From: Armatimonadota bacterium
GTDB taxonomy: Bacteria > Armatimonadota > UBA5829 > DTLH01
Reading direction: 5' to 3'
Length of the DNA: 64,000 nt
NCBI GenBank assembly: GCA_039680575.1
Contig: JBDKSP010000021.1
Location: forward strand, 13,239-77,238
In this document: positions 1-10,517 of the stretch, piece by piece
How positions within the stretch are numbered: the stretch's first letter is position 1
Layout: each line of letters begins with the position of its first letter
Notes under the pieces: model-generated
Databases searched by the model: none
Seen by the model: the letters and a program-made list of their open reading frames with translations, nothing else
What the model was told of the DNA's origin: nothing
Position numbers and translations under genes: made by a program

Positions 1-1
1 T

Positions 2-460
2 GACAGCACGACCGGCGTTCTCAAGACCACCGGTATTGTAATGATAAACGGCGATCTTGAGATTAATGGGAGGAATGGCAACCTCACATATGAGGGTAAC
101 GGCACCTTGTTTTCTACAGGTGACACGAGTATACACTGTAATGTACTTCCGAAATCGGGATTTCCATTGACAGACCGTCTCGGCATCATCGCCGGTCAGA
201 GTATGGGAGTTGCTACCGGCAGCGGCGATTCACAACTCACTATGGCGCTTGCAATGTATGCGCAGTATCGCATAAGTATAGGCAAGCAATGCGAAATAGG
301 CGGAACATGCGTGTCGAGTTTCTTCTCGATGAAGAACGTTCCGCATATCTACCAGGTGCCTAAGCTGTCCGAGAACCTGCCGCCCGGATTGCCGGGCTCG
401 GATCCGATCTGGATAGTCTCCATTACTATCAAGAGTTGGCAGGATTTGGGTGGCGGCTAG
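2..460 (+). CDS. 3' end of a hypothetical Gly/Asn/Thr-rich repeat protein; the ORF is open at the left window edge
   Basis: The reading frame is open from nt 2 and stops at 460. Composition is Gly/Asn/Thr-rich and beta-helix-like (INGDLEINGRNGNLTYEGNG). No family recognised. Confidence 0.3.
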   Translation, partial: DSTTGVLKTTGIVMINGDLEINGRNGNLTYEGNGTLFSTGDTSIHCNVLPKSGFPLTDRLGIIAGQSMGVATGSGDSQLTMALAMYAQYRISIGKQCEIGGTCVSSFFSMKNVPHIYQVPKLSENLPPGLPGSDPIWIVSITIKSWQDLGGG

Positions 461-532
461 ACTGATAAGATATTGAGGATAAAGGGACGTAGCGAGTATA
501 CTGCTTACGTCTCTTTTTTATGGGGATAGGAG

Positions 533-1348
533 ATGGCATTCCCTATACCTCATTACAAACAATTGGGGGTAGAGAAAACGCGTATAACATTTCTTGGCAC
601 GGGAACATCGCACGGCGTGCCTGTGATAGGCTGTAAGTGTCCGGTCTGTACATCGCAAGACCATCGTAACCGCCGGACAAGGACTTCAGCATTGATCGCA
701 TACAGGGGAAAGCACATAATAATAGATACGGCGCCTGAGTTCAGGCTCCAATGTCTCGCAAACAATGTGGACTATCTCGATGGTGTGCTGTTTACGCACG
801 CGCATGCTGACCACATCTTTGGCCTGGACGATGTCCGCGGGTTCAACAGGATACAAAAGAAATCGGTTCCATGCTACGGATCACAGGATACCCTCGCTGC
901 CATAAGGCGTGCGTTCGCGTATATTTTCATCGAGACTCAGGAGGGTGGGGGAAAGCCGAAGATCGAGCTGAACCCTGTAGACCGGCCATTCGAGTTCGAG
1001 GAGATAAAGATAACGCCGATTCCCGTGATGCACGGTGAGGTCCCGGTGTATGGCTACAGGATCGGAAAACTTGCCTATGTCACGGACTGCAGTTGTATTT
1101 CAGATGAATCGAAGGAACTTCTTCGCGGATTGGACCTTCTTATACTTGGGGTAGTCCGGAGAAATCCTCATGAGACGCATCTTTCACTTGTGGAAGGTGT
1201 GGAAATAGCAAAGGAGCTTGCTCCAGGAATAACGCGTTTCGTGCATATGTCCCATCATCTTGAACATGAAAGCACAAACAATGAGCTTCCGTCTGGAATA
1301 GAGCTTGCATACGACGGATTGAGTATAGAATTATCCGACCCGGATTAA
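533..1348 (+). CDS. MBL-fold metallo-hydrolase (PhnP/YycJ-like)
   Basis: Metallo-beta-lactamase motif THAHADH with downstream Asp/His ligands. Length 271 aa, typical of the PhnP-like phosphodiesterase subgroup. Confidence 0.75.
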   Translation: MAFPIPHYKQLGVEKTRITFLGTGTSHGVPVIGCKCPVCTSQDHRNRRTRTSALIAYRGKHIIIDTAPEFRLQCLANNVDYLDGVLFTHAHADHIFGLDDVRGFNRIQKKSVPCYGSQDTLAAIRRAFAYIFIETQEGGGKPKIELNPVDRPFEFEEIKITPIPVMHGEVPVYGYRIGKLAYVTDCSCISDESKELLRGLDLLILGVVRRNPHETHLSLVEGVEIAKELAPGITRFVHMSHHLEHESTNNELPSGIELAYDGLSIELSDPD

Positions 1349-1500
1349 GTCGAATCTCATGAATGGGTAATAAATCCGACACTATGCCGTCTTGTTACGT
1401 TAAGATTGCAATTGGTGTGTTGTCTGCGAATTTATGTGGTAGTATACGCATGTAGCCGCGCATTATGCATGGTTTACGGTTTTTGGAGGATAGAAGGAGA

Positions 1501-3837
1501 ATGAGAGTCAACAGACAGATGATCTGCCTGGTGCTGTCTCTGGCATGCTTGTGTTCGCTCGTCTCCGGGCGGACTGCAGCTCAGGCTCTTTCTTCATCAA
1601 ACCTTAATATAACATCTTCTCTCAGTAATTCAGAGTTGGTAAGCGATCTCTTTGTCGGTAAGGGGACTGTCGGTCCGTATATCCTGAGTTGGAAGAACAT
1701 TGAAGACGGAAGCGAGACAGTCACGATCGACGGACAGGTCCTTTCATCCAAAAAGGATTACAATATCAACTATTCCTCAGGATCATTGACACTGCAATCA
1801 TCTCTTCCTAAGGACAAGGTTGCCAGGGTAAGCTATAAACGTATCATTGGCAAATCACAGGCGAACAGTGGAACAAGTCTTCCTATAAATATGCGGCTTT
1901 TCGACCGTGGAAGCGGCAGTCTCGACGTTATCGGCCTCTATAGTTCGGGTGACAGCAAGAATAAGGAGAGCGGGATGTCGGTCTATGGGCTGAGCGGCGG
2001 GATGAAGCTGGGCGAAGGCTCGGATATATCGACTAAATTTATAGTAGACCAGCAGAGCAGTGAGAGCGGCAAAGACGCAGGCTTGTCTGATCGTTCAGCT
2101 ATGCAGCTTTCAGCCGCTACAGCGTTTGGAGGGCTTTCATTTAAAGGCTCGTTTTCGCGAGCAGGAGAACAGTTTACCTCTGCGAAGGAATACGGGTTCC
2201 AGAGTGCAAAGGAGTTGACCGATCTTTCGGCTGTATTCGGCAAACAGACTGATGTGGTCTATGCATCGTTCAGTTATAAGGAGCAGGAAGATCTGGGCGG
2301 CAATGTAAAAGGCGCAGCCCAGACCAGCGGCGAGCAAAAAGTAGTCCTGAACCTGGAGAATGCTCCAAAGATGACGATCTCCCGCTCGACAACTGAAAAA
2401 GAACAATCAAGCGGCACAAAAACAGGTACTACCATAGAAAGTCTTCAGCTTGATAAGAGCTTTGGAAAGAAAACGACTGCTACCGCGATGATGCAGACGT
2501 CGGAAGTCGATAATGGTCAAACAAGCGAAGAGACCAAAACTACGAGTTTCGGGATAAATACGACAGCAGTAGACAACCTGCAGGTTCAGAGCTCACTGAC
2601 GCAGAAAGACTCGGATAAAAACGGCGAAGAGACAGGATTCAATTTTAGTGCGAAAGCTGTCCTTGGACGCAGGTTGAATATGGATGCGTCCTACCTAAAC
2701 TGTGACTCGGATGCAGCAGGAACTGAGTCTAAAACAACTATAGGGATGTTGGTAGACCCGTTCGATTGGCTGAAGTTTCAGAGCAAATTGACGTGGAAAG
2801 ATTCCGATAAGACAGGCGGAGAGACAGGTCTTGACCTGGGACTGAAGGCAACGCCGGGTAAGCGGCTTTCGCTGAACGCCGGATACTCAAGCACCGATAC
2901 CGATGAAAAAGGCCAGGTTTCAAAGACGGATGTGAAGGTCTCGAGCAAACCTCTTGACAGTCTGGACCTGACGGCGGGTGTTTCGCGTTGTGACACAGAT
3001 AATGACGGCCAAACTACCACTGATGTTTCCATCGCTGCGAGACCCAGTGACCAGATGAAGATCGAAGGCGCGTATTCCGGTAAACAAGCAGACCAGGGAA
3101 GTGACGAGCAGCAGCGTTCTGTGAAGCTGGAAGCGAAGCCTACCGATTACATGAAGATAGCAGCAGGACTCGGTGAAAAAGAGGTAGATGTTCAGCTCAA
3201 GACAAGCAAGGAAGCTGGTGTCGAACTCACTCCAAGCGATAAATTGAAGATTACATCTTCGATCAAGGAGTGTACTGACGGTCAGCAGGTTACGACCGTA
3301 AAGGACTATTCAGGTTCGGTTAAGCCTGTGGACTATTTGGAAGTATCCGGCGCTTATAAAGACCGCGAGGACTCTACGGCTGAAATTGCCGACAGTAAAT
3401 CAATGAAACTCGCACTGGGAGCGTCTGAGTCTTTCAAGATTACCGGGCAGTATTCGTATAACCCGGAAGATAAAAAAGGCAATATACAGCGGCTGTCCAG
3501 TTCGACTCTCGGCCTGGAGATGAAGATCGGTATACTTAGTATAACAGGCGGATATGCAGAGAAAGACGACTACATAGCCGGGAGTACACAGATTGAAAGA
3601 GAGTTCGGACTGCGCCTCCCGCTTTTCGGAAATGGAAAGCTGTATACAGGCTACAAGCTGTCTGAAGCTGCCGCAGCAGCGGATCTATCGACGGAAACAT
3701 ACTCGGTAGGTTACACGCACGATCTCGGTTCACGGTTCAATCTGGCGCTATCAGGTGAACTGACACGTTCTACACAGGAATCGCTTTCGCTGGATGAGGA
3801 ATGCAAAGCAACGGCAAAGCTGGGAATGAAGTTCTGA
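1501..3837 (+). CDS. secreted Ser/Thr/Asp/Lys-rich repeat protein, probably an outer-membrane beta-barrel (C-terminal ...KLGMKF)
   Basis: GGAGG-like RBS ahead of the ATG at 1501. Hydrophobic signal peptide (MICLVLSLACLCSLVSG). Internal tandem repeats of KDSDKxGxETG(F/L)xxxxKA. Amphipathic beta-strand pattern near the C-terminus, which ends in Phe like outer-membrane barrels. Confidence 0.45.
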   Translation: MRVNRQMICLVLSLACLCSLVSGRTAAQALSSSNLNITSSLSNSELVSDLFVGKGTVGPYILSWKNIEDGSETVTIDGQVLSSKKDYNINYSSGSLTLQSSLPKDKVARVSYKRIIGKSQANSGTSLPINMRLFDRGSGSLDVIGLYSSGDSKNKESGMSVYGLSGGMKLGEGSDISTKFIVDQQSSESGKDAGLSDRSAMQLSAATAFGGLSFKGSFSRAGEQFTSAKEYGFQSAKELTDLSAVFGKQTDVVYASFSYKEQEDLGGNVKGAAQTSGEQKVVLNLENAPKMTISRSTTEKEQSSGTKTGTTIESLQLDKSFGKKTTATAMMQTSEVDNGQTSEETKTTSFGINTTAVDNLQVQSSLTQKDSDKNGEETGFNFSAKAVLGRRLNMDASYLNCDSDAAGTESKTTIGMLVDPFDWLKFQSKLTWKDSDKTGGETGLDLGLKATPGKRLSLNAGYSSTDTDEKGQVSKTDVKVSSKPLDSLDLTAGVSRCDTDNDGQTTTDVSIAARPSDQMKIEGAYSGKQADQGSDEQQRSVKLEAKPTDYMKIAAGLGEKEVDVQLKTSKEAGVELTPSDKLKITSSIKECTDGQQVTTVKDYSGSVKPVDYLEVSGAYKDREDSTAEIADSKSMKLALGASESFKITGQYSYNPEDKKGNIQRLSSSTLGLEMKIGILSITGGYAEKDDYIAGSTQIEREFGLRLPLFGNGKLYTGYKLSEAAAAADLSTETYSVGYTHDLGSRFNLALSGELTRSTQESLSLDEECKATAKLGMKF

Positions 3838-3894
3838 CAAAGATTCAGGTGTGAGTCACAACTGAACAGCTTAGAATCAATAAACGATTTTGTG

Positions 3895-3941
3895 AGATAA
3901 AAGAAAGGCCCGGTCGAGGGGGAGGGAGACGATCGGGCCTT
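3895..3941. terminator. GC-rich hairpin between convergent genes, probably a bidirectional terminator
   Basis: Stem ggcccggtcg...cgatcgggcc with T-rich runs on both flanks (ctttctttt on the minus strand, tgtttact on the plus strand). Confidence 0.4.
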
Positions 3942-3955
3942 GGGAGTGTTTACTG

Positions 3956-5047
3956 TCAATATGCCGGGATTTTCAAGTCCAACGGCTGGTTGATTGGTTC
4001 GGCTCCCAGTACAGCTATCTGGGAATCCTCATGAACGACTCTATTGGTCATTCTCTGCAATTCATTCACCTTTAGCCCGCAACCGATAACACAGTCAGTG
4101 ATCCTCGTTCCTTTGCCGATCAATGCGCCGCTTCCGACTATGCTTCTGGCGACACTGGCTGCCTCGTCCACGAGACTGTTTTCACCGATTACAGCGAACG
4201 GTTTCAGCGTTGCGTTTTTCCGTACTTCAGCGCCTGTACCAAGGAAAAGCGGTCCGACCAACTCAGCGGTCTGATGCACTTCAGCATCTTCGCCGATCCA
4301 GACACCTGGCTCTACTTCGGAACCTGTTATATCCAGTTGCGCTTTACCTGTCAATGCATCGAAATGAGCATTTCTATACTGATTAAGGTTGCCGACATCA
4401 CACCAGTAACCCGGAAGGCGGCAGCCATAAACAGGTTCCATATTGCGGAGCATCCTGGGGAACAGGTCGCGCGCAAAATCATAGACCGTGAAGTATGGAA
4501 TGCAGCTCAATGCTTCAGGCTCAAGAACATAAATTCCCGCGTTGATCGTGGAAGAGAATACTTCGCTGGATCTCGGCTTTTCGAGGAACCTGGTGATCCT
4601 GCCGTCTGGCTCATGCTGGACAATACCGAAGTCGGTAGGGTCCTCCACCTGGTGAAGAAGCATTGTTGCTATGGCTGATCTTCGTTTATGAAAGTCGAGC
4701 GCCGCTGTAAGATCGAAATCAGTAACGGCATCTCCGGAAACAACAATGAACGTATCATCTATGTAAGGTTGAACGAGTTTGACTGCGCCTGCGGTGCCCT
4801 TGGGTTCTTCCTCAAGGGAATAACGGATATTTACTCCCCATTTGGAGCCGTCGCCGAAGTGTTCCGCGATCTCCTGGGATTCTGAGGAGAGCGCTACAAT
4901 GATGTCTTGAATCCCATGCCGGCACAATAAGTCAATAGAGTGCTCCATGACGGGCTTGCTGAATAATGGAAGCAGCGGCTTGGGTGCGCTCATTGTGAGC
5001 GGATGCAACCTTGTACCGTTACCTCCTGCCAGAATCACTGCTTGCAA
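3956..5047 (-). CDS. sugar-phosphate nucleotidyltransferase (NTP-transferase domain plus C-terminal left-handed beta-helix)
   Basis: N-terminal motif AVILAGGNGTRLHPLT...KPLLP is the G-x-G-T-R-L signature of glucose/mannose-1-phosphate nucleotidyltransferases. C-terminal hexapeptide-like repeats. Confidence 0.75.
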   Translation of the reverse strand: MQAVILAGGNGTRLHPLTMSAPKPLLPLFSKPVMEHSIDLLCRHGIQDIIVALSSESQEIAEHFGDGSKWGVNIRYSLEEEPKGTAGAVKLVQPYIDDTFIVVSGDAVTDFDLTAALDFHKRRSAIATMLLHQVEDPTDFGIVQHEPDGRITRFLEKPRSSEVFSSTINAGIYVLEPEALSCIPYFTVYDFARDLFPRMLRNMEPVYGCRLPGYWCDVGNLNQYRNAHFDALTGKAQLDITGSEVEPGVWIGEDAEVHQTAELVGPLFLGTGAEVRKNATLKPFAVIGENSLVDEAASVARSIVGSGALIGKGTRITDCVIGCGLKVNELQRMTNRVVHEDSQIAVLGAEPINQPLDLKIPAY

Positions 5048-5267
5048 TGATATGCGCCTCCTTGCAGTACCGCCTTTGATAGCCGGACTGATATATCCGT
5101 GTCAATAACGCGAGTTCCGAGCCGGTAAAATTACCGGTCTCGGCTGTTTGTAATTATCGGCGGAGCACCTGTAAATCTTTACAGGTATATAAAGGTGACA
5201 GATAACAGGGAACAGGGACAGAAAAACTTTCAGCAATCAGCCGTCAACTATCAATTGGTGCTGCATT

Positions 5268-5451
5268 GGTAAGAGTTCACTCTTGCAAGAATTATATATC
5301 ACCCTGAGCAACCAGCACGTCATCATGGATAGAAGCACGTCACCCTGAACTTGATTCAGGGTCCACTTTCTTCCTGGATGCTGAGTCAAGCTCAGCATGA
5401 CGTTGTGATAATTCAGCATGGTGTTGTACTCATCAACTCTGAACTATTACC
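5268..5451. mobile_element. MITE-like palindromic repeat, copy A
   Basis: Near-identical to 25910-26091 and the reverse complement of 15164-15363, 18536-18643 and 28303-28571. Imperfect 18-bp TIRs (ggtaagagttcactcttg / caactctgaactattacc). Nested palindromes ccctgaa..ttcaggg and gctgagtcaagctcagc. Confidence 0.7.
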
Positions 5452-5523
5452 TGCATTGACAGACGATAAAATATCGGCTATATTGCAATGGTATTGCAAT
5501 ATAGCCGAAGGTGATGGTTTATT

Positions 5524-6747
5524 ATGTATCTATCTCGAACACTGGAAAACTTCGCCAAGGCAGTAGCAGGGCAGTTTCCAGTTCTGCTTGTCACGGGTGC
5601 ACGGCAGGTCGGCAAAACGACGTTTCTTCAACACCTGAGAGAGCAGGAGCGCACTTATGTTTCCTTGGATGATCCATTGGTATTGGATCTAGCTAAAAGA
5701 GAGCCCGCTTTGTTCTTCCAGCGGTTTCGTCCTCCACTATTGATCGATGAAATACAATACGCACCGGAACTCTTGCCTTACATAAAGATGGAAGTGGATA
5801 GCATACAGCAGCCAAATCTTTTCTGGATCACTGGTTCACAGCAGTTTCACTTGATGAAAGGTGTATCAGAATCTCTCGCCGGTCGTGTAGCTATTGTGCA
5901 GTTGCTGGGTTTTTCCAGACGGGAGATGATGGGCCAAAGCGCTGAATCGCAGCCATTCAGCTCTACGCCGTCTGACATAGCCGAAAGAGAGAAGAGCGGA
6001 GGTGTCCTTGGACTGCGCGAGCTTTACAGCTCGATCTGGAGGGGATCATTTCCGGCAATCACCCTTAATCCCCAAATGGACAGGAACCTGTTCTACGCGT
6101 CCTATATTCAGACATATCTGCAGCGAGATGTAAGGGATCTATCAAGGGTTGGAGACGAAATGGCGTTCCTGCGCTTCCTTCGGATCGCCGCCGCACGAAC
6201 TGGACAGATGCTGAATCTGTCGGAATTTGCTCGCGATGCCGATATTGCCGTCAATACGGCGAAGACTTGGCTTTCTATTCTCCAGACATCAGGTATCGTA
6301 TACTTGCTGGAGCCATACCATACAAATCTAAGCAAGCGAATCATAAAAGCCCCGAAGCTATATTTTCTAGACACCGGATTAGCGTCGTACCTTACCGAAT
6401 GGTCGAGTCCAGAGACCCTTGAGGCAGGCGCAATGTCGGGTGCGATTCTAGAGACCTGGATAATTGCAGAGTTGTTGAAGGGTTACTGGCACAATGGTCG
6501 GCAGGCACCTTTCTACTATTACCGGGACAAAGATAAGAAGGAAATAGACCTGCTGATAGTTCAAGATGGGATCATCCGCCCATTTGAGATTAAGAAAACC
6601 TCCTCGCCTTCCGTTGCCGATGTCCGTGCATTCAGTACGCTTGAGAAAATCGGCCTAACGGTAGGACCGGGTGGTGTAATATGCCTTGCTCAGCAATCAC
6701 TTCCGATTACGAAGTCAGCGACAGTGATTCCGGTAGGGACGATGTGA
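5524..6747 (+). CDS. AAA+ ATPase of the DUF4143 family
   Basis: Walker A GARQVGKTT. Overall architecture matches the archaeal-ATPase-like AAA_14/DUF4143 proteins. Confidence 0.65.
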   Translation: MYLSRTLENFAKAVAGQFPVLLVTGARQVGKTTFLQHLREQERTYVSLDDPLVLDLAKREPALFFQRFRPPLLIDEIQYAPELLPYIKMEVDSIQQPNLFWITGSQQFHLMKGVSESLAGRVAIVQLLGFSRREMMGQSAESQPFSSTPSDIAEREKSGGVLGLRELYSSIWRGSFPAITLNPQMDRNLFYASYIQTYLQRDVRDLSRVGDEMAFLRFLRIAAARTGQMLNLSEFARDADIAVNTAKTWLSILQTSGIVYLLEPYHTNLSKRIIKAPKLYFLDTGLASYLTEWSSPETLEAGAMSGAILETWIIAELLKGYWHNGRQAPFYYYRDKDKKEIDLLIVQDGIIRPFEIKKTSSPSVADVRAFSTLEKIGLTVGPGGVICLAQQSLPITKSATVIPVGTM

Positions 6748-6812
6748 AGGAAACTGACATCCGACAGCTATTCCTGATATAATCATACACCACATTTGGG
6801 GAGAACCGGACA

Positions 6813-7652
6813 TTGCTATTCAACAGACGAAAAAGACGATTCATAACGCGAAGCCGTATAGTGATTGTCCTGCTATTACTTGCGGCTGTCCTTCATGTTT
6901 ATGCACGGAAAATAGAGCCGCGTTGGATACAGGTGACACATTACGATGTGGAGCTTAATGGGTTGCCGAATTCGCTCGATGGCCTCAAAGTGGTTCAGCT
7001 CAGTGATACACATAGAAGCTGCAAAACCCCTGACTATATCATCAAGAAAGCTGTAAAGTTAGCCAACAGCGAATCTCCCGATATAATCGTCATAACCGGG
7101 GATTTTATCAACAAAGGTATCGAAAATGCGAAGCCCTGCGCGGAAATGCTGTCAAAATTGAAAGCGCCAAAGGGCATATATGGGGTGATGGGCAACCATG
7201 ACTGCTGGTACGGAGCGGCTGATGTGACTCGTGCGCTCGAATCTAAGGGGATTCACGTGCTGACCAACAAAAATCGCCAAGTAGCGCCCGGATTATACAT
7301 AATCGGGATAGATGATGTCTGGTCAGGACATCCTGATGTTAATCGCGCATGGTCCGGCGTTGATGAAAAAGCCGGTCAGATACTTCTCTCTCATTCACCG
7401 CTTGCCATGCCTGTCTTCAAAGATAGAAACTGTCTTGCGCTGACCGGTCATACTCATGGCGGGCAGTACACAATCCCGTTTATTCCCAGAAACAGGCTGC
7501 CGGGGCTAAGAGGCTCGCCCTACATAAGCGGATGGTACCGGGAAGGCAATGTTCAGATGTATGTGAACAGGGGAATTGGCATGGCTGTCGTACCCGTTCG
7601 TTTCCTATGCAGGCCGGAGGTGACCGTCTTCACGTTGCGGAGCAGAAAATGA
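6813..7652 (+). CDS. metallophosphoesterase (calcineurin-like), membrane-anchored
   Basis: N-terminal TM helix. Motifs LSDTH, GDFINKG, GNHD and GHTHGGQ of calcineurin-like phosphoesterases. Confidence 0.7.
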   Translation: MLFNRRKRRFITRSRIVIVLLLLAAVLHVYARKIEPRWIQVTHYDVELNGLPNSLDGLKVVQLSDTHRSCKTPDYIIKKAVKLANSESPDIIVITGDFINKGIENAKPCAEMLSKLKAPKGIYGVMGNHDCWYGAADVTRALESKGIHVLTNKNRQVAPGLYIIGIDDVWSGHPDVNRAWSGVDEKAGQILLSHSPLAMPVFKDRNCLALTGHTHGGQYTIPFIPRNRLPGLRGSPYISGWYREGNVQMYVNRGIGMAVVPVRFLCRPEVTVFTLRSRK

Positions 7653-7723
7653 AAAAGAGATCTGCTTGATGTTTTACCGGAAGTGTGGTACGCTTTCCCG
7701 TTGTTTATGGAGAGCAGTGCAAA

Positions 7724-9058
7724 ATGCCGTTATTTGATGATCAGGCAGACAAGATTGATTCAGGTGCGCCGCTTGCAGCAAGGATGCGTCCGAGGACTCT
7801 GGATGAATTTCTGGGACAGGAGCATATACTCGGCTCGGACAAGCTGCTCAGGCGCGCCATAGAGCGTGATGAGCTTACTTCCGTTATATTCTGGGGTCCT
7901 CCCGGCTGTGGGAAGAGCACCTTGGCTGGTATTATTGCAAATACGAGCCAGTCAGTGTTTGAAAACTTCAGCGCGGTCATATCGGGGATCGCAGATGTCA
8001 GAAAAGCCGTAGCAAAAGCAGATGAACGCCGCAAAACCTACGGGCAGAAGACGATTTTATTCGTCGATGAAATACATCGCTTCAACAAAGCCCAGCAGGA
8101 TGCGTTTTTGCCGCATGTGGAAAGCGGCACTGTGGTTTTGATCGGTGCGACTACGGAAAACCCCTATTTTGAGGTCAACTCACCGCTTATCTCGCGTTCA
8201 CGCATATTCAAGTTCGAGCCACTTACTAATAATAGCATCAAAGAGATCATATCAACCGCCATTTTGGACCCCGAAAGAGGGTTCGGAAGCCTGAATGTGG
8301 AACTCGATCAGGATGCGCTCGATCATATTGTGAATGTGGCTGCTGGGGACGCCAGAAACGCGTTGAACGCGCTTGAACTTGCGGTTATGACGACACCTCC
8401 TGATGAGGCCGGCGTGCGGCAGGTAACTTTACAAATTGCTGAGGAAGCTATACAGCAGAGAGTGTTGAACTACGACAAAAATGGGGATAACCATTACGAT
8501 ACGATCTCTGCATTTATAAAATCGATGAGAGGCTCCGACCCGGACGCAGCCCTTTACTGGCTTGCACGGATGTTGCATGTGGGCGAAGATCCGAGGTTCA
8601 TCGCCAGGAGGATAGTCATTCAATCCGCGGAAGATGTAGGCAACGCAGACCCGATGGCGCTTGTAGTTGCTACCGCGGCTGCTCAGGCGGTTGAATATGT
8701 CGGTATGCCGGAAGCTAGAATACCGCTGGCGCAGGCCGCGATTTATCTGGCCTGCGCGCCGAAGAGCAATGCAAGCTATCTGGGGATCAGCCGGGCTATG
8801 AAGGATGCCGCTGAGAGGCGCCCGGCTCCGGTCCCGGTGCATTTGCGTGATGCGGGCTATCCGGGAGCAAAAAAAATCGGGCATGGCAAGGGCTACAAGT
8901 ATCCTCATGATTTTCCAGGCGGATACGCTCCTCAGGAATACGTTCCTGACGATGCTAAAAGCGGCAGATATTATGAACCGACGGAAAGAGGCCATGAAGC
9001 AAAGTTCAAGAAGCGGCTTGAGGCAATAAGAAAAGGTGCGGAGGACGTCGAGGAGTAA
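7724..9058 (+). CDS. rarA: replication-associated recombination protein A (RarA/MgsA AAA+ ATPase)
   Basis: Walker [12 protein letters not shown], Walker [11 protein letters not shown]-terminal MgsA helical domain ([16 protein letters not shown]). GGAGAG RBS 10 nt before the ATG at 7724. The longer ORF begins at 7685. Confidence 0.85.
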   Translation: MPLFDDQADKIDSGAPLAARMRPRTLDEFLGQEHILGSDKLLRRAIERDELTSVIFWGPPGCGKSTLAGIIANTSQSVFENFSAVISGIADVRKAVAKADERRKTYGQKTILFVDEIHRFNKAQQDAFLPHVESGTVVLIGATTENPYFEVNSPLISRSRIFKFEPLTNNSIKEIISTAILDPERGFGSLNVELDQDALDHIVNVAAGDARNALNALELAVMTTPPDEAGVRQVTLQIAEEAIQQRVLNYDKNGDNHYDTISAFIKSMRGSDPDAALYWLARMLHVGEDPRFIARRIVIQSAEDVGNADPMALVVATAAAQAVEYVGMPEARIPLAQAAIYLACAPKSNASYLGISRAMKDAAERRPAPVPVHLRDAGYPGAKKIGHGKGYKYPHDFPGGYAPQEYVPDDAKSGRYYEPTERGHEAKFKKRLEAIRKGAEDVEE

Positions 9059-10218
9059 TGAACAATCGAGTAGCTGTAGCCATGAGCGGCGGAGTCGATA
9101 GTTCCGTTGCCGCGGCGATCCTTGTCGAGCAGGGGTATGAAGTAATCGGTGTTACAATGTGTCTGCTTAAGGGGTCTTTGGAACGGTCTACAGGTGCATG
9201 CTGCACACCGGAGTCCGTTGAAGATGCACGAAGAGTCGCCGCAAAGCTCGGAATCAGCCATTACGTGATCCCGATGCAGGAACAGTTCGATAATTTTGTT
9301 ATAGATAATTTCATAGAGGAATACAAACGGGGGCACACCCCGAACCCATGCATAAGGTGCAACAGGTTTCTGAAATTCGATGTATTGATTGAATGGGCAA
9401 AATCAGTCGGAGCGGACAGGATTGCAACCGGGCATTACGCGGGAGTCAGATACGACGAAGAGTGCGGCAGATGGCTTCTTTTGCGCGGCAAGGACAGGTC
9501 GAAGGACCAGGCTTACGCACTCTATGCGCTTACGCAGCCGCAGCTGGAGAGGGTCATCTTTCCGCTTGGCGGAATGAAGAAAGTTGAGACGAGAAAGCGT
9601 GCAGCTGAGCTCGGGTTGAGAGTGGCGGACAAGCCGGACAGCCAGGAGATTTGCTTTGTACCGGGCAGAGATTATCCGGCTTTTCTGAGGGCTGTCGCTC
9701 CCGAGTTGGTCCAGCCGGGTCCAGTTGTCGATTTGGACGGTAAAGTGCTTGGCCAGCACCAGGGTATAGCTTTTTATACTGTCGGGCAGCGTAAGCGGCT
9801 TGGTATCAGTTCTCACGAACCAAGGTATGTAGTGAGGGTGGACAGTGAGACAAATACGGTTGTAGTCGGGGCGAATGAGGACCTTTTTGCTGGAACGCTT
9901 GTAGCAAAAGATCTGAACCTGATCTCGATTGAGAGCCTGCCTGATACCCTTGCCGTTACAGCGAAGATCAGATATAATACGAAAGATTCGCCGGCAGTCG
10001 TTCGCGGGCTGTTCAAAAATATGGCCGAGGTTGTATTCGAACAACCGCAAAGAGCAGTAACTCCGGGACAGGCTGTCGTGATGTATCAGGGCGAAATCGT
10101 GGTCGGAGGCGGGACTATCGCCGACGAACGGGAAGCCGAGGAGATAATCTCCCTTACGAAAGCACGAAAGGGAGAAAACACGAAAGAAGAGACAGGAAAC
10201 AGGGAACAAAGGGCGTAA
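9058..10218 (+). CDS. mnmA: tRNA 2-thiouridine(34) synthase MnmA
   Basis: PP-loop AMSGGVDSS. Catalytic Cys motifs NPCIRCN and EICF. Length 386 aa. Confidence 0.85.
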   Translation: MNNRVAVAMSGGVDSSVAAAILVEQGYEVIGVTMCLLKGSLERSTGACCTPESVEDARRVAAKLGISHYVIPMQEQFDNFVIDNFIEEYKRGHTPNPCIRCNRFLKFDVLIEWAKSVGADRIATGHYAGVRYDEECGRWLLLRGKDRSKDQAYALYALTQPQLERVIFPLGGMKKVETRKRAAELGLRVADKPDSQEICFVPGRDYPAFLRAVAPELVQPGPVVDLDGKVLGQHQGIAFYTVGQRKRLGISSHEPRYVVRVDSETNTVVVGANEDLFAGTLVAKDLNLISIESLPDTLAVTAKIRYNTKDSPAVVRGLFKNMAEVVFEQPQRAVTPGQAVVMYQGEIVVGGGTIADEREAEEIISLTKARKGENTKEETGNREQRA

Positions 10219-10408
10219 GAGATAATTTATGGAGAATATGCATCGGCAAGCAGTCCGAAGCAGAAGTCTCCACCAATCCGAGAGGCTGGCTTCGGCGCAA
10301 AAGACACGCACGGAAGCATACCTATAGAGTTTCAGGAGATAAAGTAACAGCCTTACAGCTATATAAACAGTTCTCTGATATAGCTTTATCTGTTAATTTT
10401 ACACTTAC

Positions 10409-10484
10409 ACCTGAAACTCTTCCGGAGGATTTTCGGCAACAGCCAAAATATGATTGGCCGTTAATTAATCAGCCGAAAATCTAT
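10409..10484. repeat. fragment of the MITE-like repeat family (shares the palindromic module of copy E, interrupted by a 37-bp insert)
   Basis: cctgaaactcttccggaggattttcggc ... gccgaaaatc is the reverse complement of the 28390-28460 module of copy E. Confidence 0.5.
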
Positions 10485-10517
10485 AGATTCTGAATCCTGT
10501 TTTGGAGGCATTGGCGA

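Noticed and set aside
4044-4885. Several 65-134-aa ORFs on the plus strand inside the nucleotidyltransferase gene
   Set aside because: They are antisense to a CDS with clear NTP-transferase motifs and show no RBS or domain signal.
9403-10311. A 302-aa ORF antisense to mnmA
   Set aside because: It lies entirely inside the well-supported mnmA CDS on the opposite strand. Its composition is Arg/Ser/Leu-rich, typical of antisense frames of GC-balanced genes, and it has no recognisable domain.
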